Positions 13,088 to 24,296 of a stretch of DNA of 64,000 nt are shown here, piece after piece. The notes under the pieces are model-generated. The model saw nothing but the letters and a program-made list of their open reading frames with translations. It searched no databases and was not told the DNA's origin. This DNA comes from Marsupella aquatica. Lineage: Eukaryota; Plantae; Marchantiophyta. Position 1 is the first letter of the stretch. Each line of letters starts with the position of its first letter. The stretch lies in contig OZ316891.1 in the NCBI GenBank assembly GCA_973895155.1, positions 7,999,875-8,063,874 of the forward strand, read 5' to 3'. The translations under genes and the position numbers were made by a program.

Positions 13088-14985
13088 AATAAGCCAAGGA
13101 GAAATCATGGGGGCCCTAAATCTATATCAGCCTAGGCTTAAATGTTTGAAATAAGAGTTTGTGGATAGCTTAGTTTTGTCCCTAAACTTCTCAATTAGGC
13201 CCATACTTAAGATGTCCCTAGGTGTTTCCCTAAGCTCAACCTGAAATTGGATCTAGCTTTTGCAATAATTATTAGCCTTGCCATTTGTTAACATTGCATT
13301 ATTGTGGCCTTAACATTAAGGACCCTGTAATTGTACCACCACAGTTTGGAATGCTTGGCACACAAAGACCACCCAAAGTTACCATGCCTTGCACACAACA
13401 TTGCTGGAGGGTTTCACATGTTAATTTTACGGAGACTCTATATCATGTGTTGTTATAAAATAACAAAGGAAAGATATTTGCTGACAGTATCATAACTATC
13501 TTTGGGATACTTGGTTAGATTAGTTTCTAAGTATGAGCGCACACCCATATGCCATTATCTGGGTCACTTATGTCAAAATGGATAAGGCAACTGAAGGTAT
13601 TCCTCTAAACACAATAACATGGATTTCTTCAGTTCTTGCCTGAACTGATGAATTTTTTAAGTAGTTCCACACACTTATGCTTTTATTTGGGAAAATTTCC
13701 TTGATTTGGAACTTGAATCCAGACATTTTGCCTCTATGAATGTGTGCCCAAACCACCTGTATAACACAAAACTCACTAACATCCTTCATTTTTGTTTTTC
13801 TTTACGCCTAGCTGTGGCATCACATCTGGCTATGTTGACCTTAGTTGGAGGTGGGTTGGAGGATAGTTTTGTAGAGGGAGGTAAATTATTTGTGCAGAGA
13901 AGCGTCAAGTAAGGTGGGATTGTTTGTGCAGATAAGATTGCAAAATTTTAGAGAAAAAATGAGCTGACAGCTTGGGGTAACTTTTTGGGCTCGTTTTAGG
14001 GTTCAGGCATATCAGGTCCATTTTAGCATTTCAGAAAGTGTTAGGTTTATCAAGACAGGAGGGAGGATAAACCATTAGCCTGTCTGTCAGTTCCCTCCTA
14101 TGGGAACTTGAAGCCTGCCATGAAAGTTTGTGAGAGTGGACAAACAAATTGTGATGGCAACTGTTTTTTGACCCTCTTTTGCCTAAAAGAATTGTTTCTC
14201 CATGGGAGGGATGTGGAGCTCAAGTTTGGCAGAATCTTTGACATGTGTTTCAATGTCCAGTGGAACTTCATCACAGGTTGCAACTTGGGTTTAGTGTTAC
14301 AGAGAAATTACATTGGTTCAATTTAAATACGTTGGCAGCTTTACTCCAGTTGTGGCTTCAGGTCTATGGATCCTGTTAGTCCAAACTCCTGCCTGGGAAC
14401 AAGTATGTTTTGGGTTCTACACCTCAGTGAGAACTTTCAGTTTTGGGGAAACAAAAAACAATTATTTATTCATTTTGAGTGTATGAAGTGGTGAGACCTG
14501 GCCGGGTTCTTGCTGAAAGGTTCAGTTGGTGATGGTGGACCATCAAGCACAATAGAGTTGTGAAGAAACATTTCAAAAAGTTTTGTGGAAGAACAATAGG
14601 GTCCAAGAAATTTTTGGATGTGCTTTAAAGAACAATAGGCCCTCATTAAATAGGTCATATTCCATGAATTTCTCTAAGAAAGTTAGGGTTTTTACGTCAT
14701 GTACATGCATCCTAGGACATGTTGCATGTTCTAATTGGTACACTTGTCACAATGCAATTGGTACTGTGTACTCCCAAATAATAGGAAATTTTGTTTAACC
14801 TAAGTTCCCAAGAAAATAGTTAAAAGTATGCATGGGTGTCACTAGGGTTTGGGCCTTTATATTTAGGGGCTAAGCAATTTCATGGGGCCTCAATTGTTGC
14901 TGCTGTTATTGGAGGGCTATAGAATGGCTATGGAAGCCACGGCGTACCCCAAGGATGCCATTGTGAGTTTGGTAGGAATTGAGGG

Positions 14986-15050
14986 TTAGGTTAGGTTAGG
15001 TTAGATTAGGTTAGGTTAGGTTAGGTTAGGTTAGGTTAGGTTAGGTTAGA
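14986..15050 (+). repeat. (TTAGG)13 microsatellite, telomere-like pentamer
   Basis: 13 consecutive units, two of them TTAGA variants. Confidence 0.95.
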
Positions 15051-16671
15051 CTAGGGATTTTTGGTATTCAGGTTTGAGGCTCAAGTCAGGGAGTTATGGG
15101 GCAGCCGACGTACTGCCCAATTCCAATGTTCAGCTTAAACACTTTGGAGCTTTAGGCAAAGGCCAAAAGTTAGAGCTTGATGCCATAACAAGATTATGGA
15201 AGGACAATCTTGGCTAGGAAGACTGCCGTTGGACCTTGAAGTGCATTGTGGAGGTCTTAGAGCAGACTCTTTGTTTGTCACGTATGTCTGTTTCTCTCTG
15301 TTTTGCTAGCGTTTGTGTAGACGCCCTTTCTGTCTAGCTCAAGATGATGACGTACTGTTTCTAATGTGGATGCGTGAGAAGAGAAGAAAGACAATAAAAT
15401 TAAACCAGTAAGGGAGGCTTGGTGAAGAAGGAAGTGCAAAACTTGACTTTTTATATCCAAGAGGTTTGTGTGTCTTGTATTGCCTTGTGTTATTGTCAGT
15501 TTTGTTTATAATTGCAAGGAAGAGTATTGCAGTTGTTTTGAAGAACAACCATGATGTAATTTATATTTATTTTACTCCATCATTATCATAGAACTGTGAA
15601 AATCCTGTGATATGCCCAATGCTGAGGTGTTCAATCATGTCTCACTTGTATTGGAAGTACCTTTCTTTTGCATTCAAATAACCTGTCATGACGGTCACCT
15701 CTGCTTCTTCTCCAAGGCCATGAGCTCAAGCAAATGAGTTTGTAAGTTCTCATTGGCTCAATTTCCCTCCATTTTATGAAAATAATCCCAGAGATTTGTG
15801 TAGCAAGGTAGAGAACTGATGCCTTGAATAGGGAACCAAAAGTGTCTACTATTTCCTATTCACAGAGTATGGTTCCCACCATGCTACATTATTTGAGAGT
15901 GTACAGAGCAACATAGACAAGTTGATGGTTCAATAACCTTAGAATAATATGTATAATTATTTAGTTTCATGGTCTATATATATGGACTATATAGGATATG
16001 TAAGATGGAATGTCAAGTGGAAAGGCAGAGTAAATTGCATTGAGTGTAAAGACAAAGCAAATTAAATGATTGCAAAATTTTAGGCTCCAACTTATGAGAT
16101 ACTTATCTTTCCTTTATAGGTATTGTTTAAGTCAAAACAAGACAATACTTAAAGTTCTTTAGGGGTAAACATAGTAAAAAATGATGGCTTTACATAAGGG
16201 TGAGAAAAAAATCACTTATAAGTTAGGGGTCTAGAAATGTTGCACGTGATGTAGGACCCTTCATATAGTGACCCCCCTGATCGAGTACGGTGCTTTTTAG
16301 CCACGCTTGAATTGTTTGGTCATCATGTTGAGTTTGTAACACTTGTGGGCAAAACCTAGTGTGGACTTATTAATAGTGCAGGTCCAGGTGTCATCTCAAT
16401 TGCAGAGTATGCGGCTATGGATGTCACCATCTCAAACAGAGCCTTAACACACTGAAGCTCTGTTTCTGTAGGAACTTCCCTTTTTGGCTCAAAAAGATTA
16501 TTAGTCTTCCATCTTGGATGTCTGTTGCGCTACAAAAGGCATAGACATTCACTGAGGCTATTGGTTTTAGGGTCTCTAAATAATTACTCTTTGTGACCTT
16601 CCTAAGTGATTTACTTAGAGCTTTACTAGGTTTCTCCGTTTACTGCTCAAGGGGGCTCGAGTTCCTTTTGC

Positions 16672-16935
16672 CTTTAGTGGGGGACTGGCACGCTTTTTGG
16701 CTCTTTGGTCTTGATAAGGTTTTTAAGGGTTTGCCCTTCTTAATTGGTTCTTCTGCCTCTTTAGTGGGGGAGTGGCAGGCTTTTTGGCTCTTTGGTCTTG
16801 ATAAGGTTTTTAAGGGTTTGCCCTTCTTAATTGGTTCTTCTGCCTCTTTAGTGGGGGAGTGGCAGGCTTTTTGGCTCTTTGGTCTTGATAGGGTTTTTAA
16901 GGGTTTGCCCTTCTTAATTGGTTCTTCTGCCTCTT
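16672..16935 (-). repeat. 3 x 87-bp tandem repeat inside a degraded repeat element; the minus strand reads as a 29-aa Lys/Pro-rich repeat
   Basis: ctttagtggggg starts at 16672, 16759 and 16846. The ORF 16640-17464 (-) contains KEAEEPIKKGKPLKTLSRPKSQKAC(H/Q)SPT three times. Confidence 0.9.
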
Positions 16936-18199
16936 TCATCCTGTCTCCACCACTCAGAGCTCTACCAGGCTCTTCAATTCGCTGATCGGTAGGTTTTGGG
17001 ACCCTGGTTCTTGGGTTTACGATAGTTCCTTGTTTCTTGGCCTTTCTTGGCCCCTTGGTTGTTCCCCCCTTGATCGGGTCTTTTTGACTAAGGGCCATGA
17101 CTAGAGTGGGTTGGCTCGTCATGGTGAATGAATGAATAATTATTACTATGACGGAATTTGAAGAATAAATTTGAAAAGTGCCGAGAGTGTCTTTTACCAG
17201 CACGCGGTGAAATAAGTGACCACGGGTACCACGTACGGACTGAAATGATGAGATGTTGGTAAGTGTCCCCTCGGAGTCTGGGGTCCCCGAGAAACGTACT
17301 TTCAAAGTTCGGTGACCGTAATACGCGAAGCGGACTCGTACAGTCCGTTCTTGAAACCTGGAGTGCTGTTTGCTGTAGTGCTTGGTTGCTTGGTGGACTG
17401 ATGACTCGTGAACGACAGTCCCGCTCTTGGGAAAGGTGGGGCACTGAGAGATGGGGCGGGGCACGACGTGGAAGTGGGACTGTTTCTCGAGTACTAATAA
17501 GTTGTCCGGGATTGATTCAGATGGTCGTCACTCGTCAGGCTCGTGTCCCGTCGTGTGTACATCTGTGGTTATGGAGTTCAGCTCCTGACTCGGCAATAAT
17601 CATCAGGCGTGTTGGATTCTTTTTATGTGCACGGCATAAAGTCAATGGTACACAACGGTACAGCGGCCGATGTGAGAGCGAGAAAGAGAGGGAGTCGAGG
17701 GGCGAGGGGAACAGCTTGATTCGTGGATGGAGCACTGTTTTGGCCTGGGAAGGGAACGCAAAAAAGATGTAGGGAATGCATAAAAAAAAGGTCGAGGCAA
17801 AAAGAAGTCTTGGATGACAAATCTGGTCGTCTGGCTTCCTCGGTCTACGAGGCAGAGATTTTCGAGGCAGAGATTTTCTGCGTTGCGCCCTGCAGCGTTC
17901 GCGGTACGACGTTGCAGCTGAGCAGAGTCGCGCTTTGCATGCAGGGACAAGCGGCAGGAATTGCTAGAGTACTGGTTGATGACAGTACTGTTGTGAATTC
18001 AGACGAATCCAGATCTCGACGAGGCCCGCGTCCAGCGCGCCTGCAGGCCTTTATGGCAGCACCTGAGGAGACGGCAATCAGAACAAAGAATGGGGCCCGA
18101 GTTGAGAGGAGGGGCGAGGCAGGGCGGGGAGGGGCGGCGGATACCGTAGAGCGAAATCAATATGGTGCACTCAACTTTGAAAAGTCTTGGAAAAGCAGG

Positions 18200-21100
18200 G
18201 TATAAGGGGGAACGAACTTTGGATCTATTCCTTGCTTCGTCGCTAAATACGGTATACTTGGCTTTCGTAGATTCCAGACCCCGGCAGTTCATGCGGAAGA
18301 TGATGAGCTTTGCTTGGCGTAGAGGTCGACTAGGTGGAAGAATTGCATGGATGGAATGAGAGAACTCTGAGAGAAGAAGCAACGGTCCTGCTAATGAATA
18401 AAACAAACTCGAAAACAATTTATCAAGTGAACGGGACGCAGAAAATGTTTATTAATGACAAATCAGTCAGGACTACCTGGTAGTACTGCTTCCTGACGAG
18501 TGAGTGTTTGCTCATAGAATTACATGACCAAACAGCAATCTGCCATACTTTCTAACAGTTAACCGACCATTCTGTAGCCAGGGAGCATACAGTAGCTGGT
18601 GGGGCCGTTTAGTTCAGAGCTCTCCCTAGATATACGTGCCATGGCAATCAGGTTTGAGAAGGCACCGAATGCTCCCTTCCTACCTCATTGCAATTCCGTC
18701 TATGGCTCCATGCTTGCCGCCCCCTTCCCGTGATGGTTGGCTGGTCGCCACCATTTTGGTGGTTACAGTCGTGTCCGTGCATGGATGCAATACATGAGAA
18801 CTGCGAGGTAGGGATACCAGCCACTTTAGAGTTTTTCTTGTTCATACAATTGTGAGACCTAGGAGGCTCACCTAGGAGGCTCACAGCACCAGACTATCGC
18901 TGAAGTCCGTCCGTCCCGACGAGTGATAGGACTCTATCCTTCCAGTTCTGGTCGAGAGTAGAATGCTGAAGAGCCGAGGTGTAAGGGTTCGACTAGCATC
19001 AGTCGTCTTCTTCGTGATTCATTATTATCAGCTTGCATTCACAAACAGCCAAGGTCGTCATCTTCTGGCCAGTGCTGGCCAGTGAAGAACGTTACATCTA
19101 CAGGGAAAACTTTCGAAAAATTCACCAATCTGTCTACTCTTCAATTGAATGGCCTGTCTAACATTCCTTCCTCTGCTTCTCCACCTATCAACGCGCCGTA
19201 TCTCTCCTCAAGAGCCATCGTAACTCTTGTGCACTGCCTCGCTTTCTAACGCGTGCTTGTTGCCGATCGCTCTTTCCAACGGAAACCCGTTTGCAGCGGT
19301 TTTCTACGGCCAAGCCAGAGAGTCTGGCATAGCGCTTGAAAGATCTTGTGCACATTCGCAGAAAGAGAGAGAGAGAGAGTGAGTGCATGCATACCTGGAA
19401 GCAGGCATGTAGGTAGTACTCAGAAGAGAAACCGTGGGATGATAGGTGGAGGAACGGAAAAACGGATGTCAGATGAGCCATTAAATTGATAAGTAGAATA
19501 CTCTCTAAGACACGAATTCTGTGTGAGTAGTAAGCCTAGAACTGAGTAGGTTATCGTCAAGATCTTAATTGCGGTCGGCAGCTTGAAAAATCTGTTTCTT
19601 GGACTTGATTCAAATGGAATCATTTCAAAAAAATTCTGTCATCGCTGATCTTGAGATGTTTTGGCCTATAGATCTGTGATCAATCCGATGCCCTCGCTTC
19701 CCCGTATCATGCAGGAGCCGCGCCTTGATCCTAGGTCGCGCATAACGTAAATCTCCAAGGTTTATTTTCGGATATTAGCAAGGGGAGAGCGGAGTCGCGA
19801 AGCCTGAGGAAAGAGGATCAGAGCATCTTCCCCACCAATCAAATCTGGGGTAAGATGTCCAAAGACTTTCTAAGTTTGCAGCGTTTGTTAATTGGCTACA
19901 TGGAACTAGTCACCTCCAGTTACTGTGACATGGAACTACATGGTCGATCAATTTGACCCATTCATTGATCGAGCTGCTTCCAAAGGCCTACTCCCTTCCG
20001 CTACCTTCGATTCACTGGAAGGAAGAGAATCTCTGGACCCGTCTTGCCCTAGGAAAAAAACTCGTGGATCCACGAAGCAAACCATATCCTTTATCGATGT
20101 CTAGTTGTCGACACACGATCTTCTTGCCATGGAGCAAAGTGGTAGTGGTTGAATCGTTTGACTAAGCGAGTGTTTGGCTTTGGATTCCTTCCGATGGATA
20201 GTGAACGTTGTTTTGTGACAGTTGCGTAGTTCAACTTTGCGCAGACGGCGTTGTTGAGCTGATGTATCGGGTTCATGTTCGAGATGTGTTTAATTGTTTC
20301 GAACAGTAGAGACGTTGTTCTTGATGACCATCTGCTTCGGCGTACCTGCAAGCACTGATAGCTATTTTTGGCTCTCCGCACTTCGTCCCAAGCAGTGTTA
20401 TACATGACGAAGGTGAGAATCTAGCCTAAAAATCTATGATGTCCACAAAGATATTTCCATGCTGTCGTTTCTATATTCCTGAGGGTTTGCGTCATTCATT
20501 GTTAACATAAACCTCAAGGCAAGGCATTCTTGTGGACAAGGACCGAAATGGATTCTGTCGATCTTGACAACTTGATCCTGGAATTTTAGTGCTCAGTTGT
20601 CCAATAACTAAATTTGGAATTTGCAGCCGATGTTCTCTACTGATAATCCGAAACCAATTGATGCAGACTGTCATCAAGGGAAAGGGGATTTCTATGGTTT
20701 TAGCAAGGTCAGTCCTGGATGCATACTTTGTGTCCCTCGTTCATCCTCGACTTGGGCCTTGGCGATGTGGTCCTTGGATACCTTGCCGTTAATTCGAATA
20801 AGCCAGTTCCATTCAACGCTACATCAGAAAATTTAATGGCCGCAGTCAATGAAGTAGCGAGGTCTGAAGAATAGAATGGACTAAGCTTTGAGTGAACTAC
20901 CGAATATATTGCAGTCATCCAAAGTATGACGTTACGATGGCTCATGTTTTACATACCTCCCGATCTAACTTGGTATCGTTTGCAACGTGCGTTTCCCATT
21001 CCTTCAGATGCTAGGCTCAGATTACGGTCTTTCTTTCGAACTGATGCACTGCATGCATGATTGATGTGAAAATAGCGGCTGCAGAACTTCCTCTCCAGTT

Positions 21101-23850
21101 CCTTTCCGGAATGTTTTACTGCGAGAGTTGAAACTTTGAGGTTATTTTGAATAGTTACTCTGTGGACAGCAGCTCGTGTGTCAGCTTTTTCTCTCGGAGG
21201 ACGGAAACACGCTTGTCAGAAATGCTAGTCAAACCAGCAGAAAGGTCTCTAGGCCGGTCCTGCAGCTGGTCTGTTGGTACATTATGATTGATTGTCAATG
21301 ATTGAACGTAGCTTCGGCAGTAGGAAGGCAACCTCCGACAGATTGATCTTATTCAGCTTACACGTACATGTGTGAAACAGTCTCCGCCTTCCATCCATTC
21401 TAAACCATCAACTTCTACTTCGGAATCAGGTTGTGCTCTCGAGCACTATGCCAGACGTGTGAGGGAGCTAAGTTTTCCTTCAGTACATCCCGTGAAAGCA
21501 CTACGCTAGGTAACCTGTCGAGATAGGATTAGGTCGGTCATAAGCATAGTGACATGGACATAAGAAAGAATCGAACCTACCTTCACTCCAAGACTGGCAT
21601 TGTTCATCTATCGCACGTGGTGCTCGTGCATCCTGACATTGCAGATTCTGGCTGGACGGGAGAAAGTGCGGACCTTGACTGATGACGAATAAAGCACTTC
21701 TCTTCAACATCCCCGGCCCCTACCCAACGCCGCTTATGTACGAAGGCTGGAAATAAGTAAGTGCACTTCCATCCTGTCGACAGTCCCTATTACTTTCCTC
21801 AACCGACATCCAAATGTACTCAGTACCTTCATCAGTTGGTTCTCTAAACTTTCTCCAGATTTATTTGCGGAAATGGCTCGATTATGTGTGAAAAATCTCT
21901 GTTTGCTGACTCTGAGATATCCTGTCCATTGTTATTGTTATGATTGTCTACTCCAACTTTACATTCCGTGTTTTATTGCAGGGTGAATCCGTTTGCTGTT
22001 CAATAAAGATGACTTCAAAACGCTGGACTCCTTAGTGCAACTGATCTTGCAAACGAGCAGTGGGTTTGGACTCCCGCACGGGCTCCTCATCTGAGCACTG
22101 ACGTACAGTTCGGACTTTACAGATTTTTCTATTTACGGACTTCGTGCTGTCAATGAAGCTTAATACTATCCGTCTTGAGCAATATCATCAAGACCAGAAA
22201 ACATCCAGATGACAGGTATGCTGGTTGAGACTTCTAACCCCAAACATATGTACACTTCTGCCGCCACGCATTTTGTCTCGCTCCAGAAGTACAGTGATGC
22301 ATAATCTATCTGGAGGTGTTGCGACGTACCCTTCTTGGACAGCATATATATTCGCGATTTTAATTCACGCAATTGGTTGCTGTGACAACAGGATGGCCAG
22401 TGAGGTAAACTGAAAGAGACTAGATCAGATCAAGCAGATAAGTCCTCAGAGGACTTGAGCAAGAGGGTATTCATCGTTTCCTTCACTTGGAAATATTCGT
22501 CTCAGCCTCCAGGTTGGTTAAGGGCTGAACAACAGCGCTTATTTTTTGGTCCGAACGAGAAGATCTGAATAGGAAAACGGGGCTGCTGAGAGTAAGCGAG
22601 ATACCCTCTATTAGTATGAAGTATCTGAGCCCTAATACCGGGCCTCCTGTGTTGAGGTTGCCCCACACGACTTTCGCTCACAGGTTTCAAATTTGGTGCA
22701 GATTGGATAATGCTGGAAGCTATCACAGTAATATTTATCACGCTGCAACTTTTGATTCACATCCGACTGTCACGATGAATCCAGCCTAGCATATCACAGG
22801 TGCAAAGATTTCGTTTTAAGTTCTCTACCAAGTTGCATTACACCCACCATAGAGAAATGTTTGCACGAACTGAAGACAGTTCAAGAGATAAGTCATGTTG
22901 TCTTCTTAATCAGTTAACCTTGTATCCCATCTTTTGACCAACCGACTGTCCATCTGGTTGCCAAGTGGAGAAATTTCTCTGGAGTTTCTGCACCCAGAGA
23001 TGTTGCCCGTCACGGCCGGGTCAGCAATTGTTTCTAGCCCTCTTTCTTTGGAAACGTTGAAGACCTCATTGCTGGTTGGCGTTGAGCGGTAATTTGGGAC
23101 AATAACTCGTAAAGAAGTTATTCTCCTTTCAGCTCTGAAAGACTACGTCTGCTCGACTTCTTGGCCCTTGGCACCGCAGCTTCCGCATTACTGGCGAAGA
23201 TTGTAGCACGTGCTCTCCATAGAAGTCGAGAACGTTGAACACATCACGTACTTCACCCAACAGAACGGCGCCCATTTCTACTACAAGGAAGAACATACTA
23301 AGACAAACAAGTCGCTTGCTTTCTATGTTATGCGAGAAGAGTTGATCCGACTCCCGGTTTCGCTCGTCGTAAGAAATGGCCAAGATGATGGATGTAAGCT
23401 TCAACCCTTCATGACAGAGTAGGATTTGCGTACTGCGCTTCACCATAGTCTCCAAACTAGTGCTGCTGTCGTCCAAGGGCATATATCAGATATGAAAGCC
23501 TGTGTGTTTGCGAACCGCACTTGTCAGCAAATCAAAGAGTCTAGTAGTTGACCGCTAAACTTGCAATCCCACTCTCTTGCGAGGCACTCTTTAGAACATT
23601 AGGTAAACAGTAGTTCGTAGAAGGATCCTGGTTGCTTGCGCCATTTCTGTTCATTCGTATTCGTTCTACTATCGGCCCGTATTCCCAGCCACTGGATTCA
23701 GAGTCTTCTAGATGCATTTTTTCTCCTCGGTGCACTCGTGGAGTCGGTCGCACCTGATCTGGCCGAGGCGCAGCATGAAGAAATGATAAGACGGGGAAGG
23801 AAAAGATGAACCAAGAAGGAAGCGTACATGGACTCAATTTGTTCTTAAGA
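18200..23850 (+). ncRNA. Candidate multi-exon non-coding transcription unit (pri-miRNA host or lncRNA); boundaries approximate
   Basis: CpG-rich, gene-like composition between CpG-depleted repeats. TATA-like tataag at ~18201. Many canonical + strand donors (gtgagt 18499, gtaagg ~18981, gtaaga 19849, gtgaga 20413, gtaagt 21757, gtatgc 22216) and Y-rich-cag acceptors, but no joinable long ORF was found. Contains a long foldback at 19141-19489. Confidence 0.45.
19141..19489. ncRNA. Long imperfect foldback, candidate pre-miRNA hairpin
   Basis: 19141-19214 aligns with the reverse complement of ~19419-19489 over ~70 nt, including a perfect 12-bp core ctccacctatca/tgataggtggag. Further inner pairing (tgcact..ctcgctttct with agaaagagag..agtgca). 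No exact match to a conserved miRNA that I recognise. Confidence 0.55.
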
Positions 23851-24147
23851 AATGGTCTAATGTGGCATCTACAAAATGGAGCATTTTGGTGGATCAATTC
23901 AAACCTAAAATTTAATATTATTTTAAAATAGAATATATATTTAATTAAAATAATATTTCAAGAGCATGCGACCTTTGATGATCCATCGTATATATATCAA
24001 AACGATAGTAATGTATATATCGATTTTGAGGGCCTTTCAGGATGATTCAAAGTTCCATGGCTTGTAATAGGTCTCAATAAGTCGCGAATGTGTATCTGAA
24101 GAATTAAATATTTACTTTCGCCTAAAGCATCCCATCAAATGCAATGG

Positions 24148-24296
24148 TTAAACCACACCTGTCACTATAAAAGACTCATTCCATGTCTCACTATCACCAT
24201 AAAAGGTGGAACACATGCACCTTTTGTGGAATACTTGTGGAAAAAAAGTTTTGCATTCGGGAACCTGTGCTCTTTATAGGGGCAGGTGTGGTTTAA
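24148..24296. mobile_element. Small MITE with ~26-bp TIRs flanked by TTAA
   Basis: ttaaaccacacctgtcactataaa at the left end, and the right end reverse-complements to ttaaaccacacctgcccctataaa. Confidence 0.7.

Noticed and set aside
16640-17464. 274-aa Lys-rich ORF as a host gene (histone H1-like)
   Set aside because: Its length comes from an 87-bp tandem repeat that is open on both strands and from read-in from CpG-rich DNA; its flank is homologous to a repeat at 35756.
19229-19465. Assignment to miR408 (tgcactgcctc), miR156/529 (GA-rich arm) or miR482/472 (minus-strand tttttccgttcctccacctatc)
   Set aside because: Only partial matches of about 11 nt or gapped matches; none reproduces a full conserved mature sequence.
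19716-19730. miR171-like core gagccgcgcc
   Set aside because: 10-nt match only, with no complementary star arm nearby.
20050-23500. Possible endogenous rhabdovirus L-gene relic on the minus strand (fragments such as RVGQP, SRRIVLSF, RESKPTAR)
   Set aside because: No GDNQ motif or sustained similarity on manual translation. The resemblances are short enough to be chance, and + strand splice signals explain the region better.
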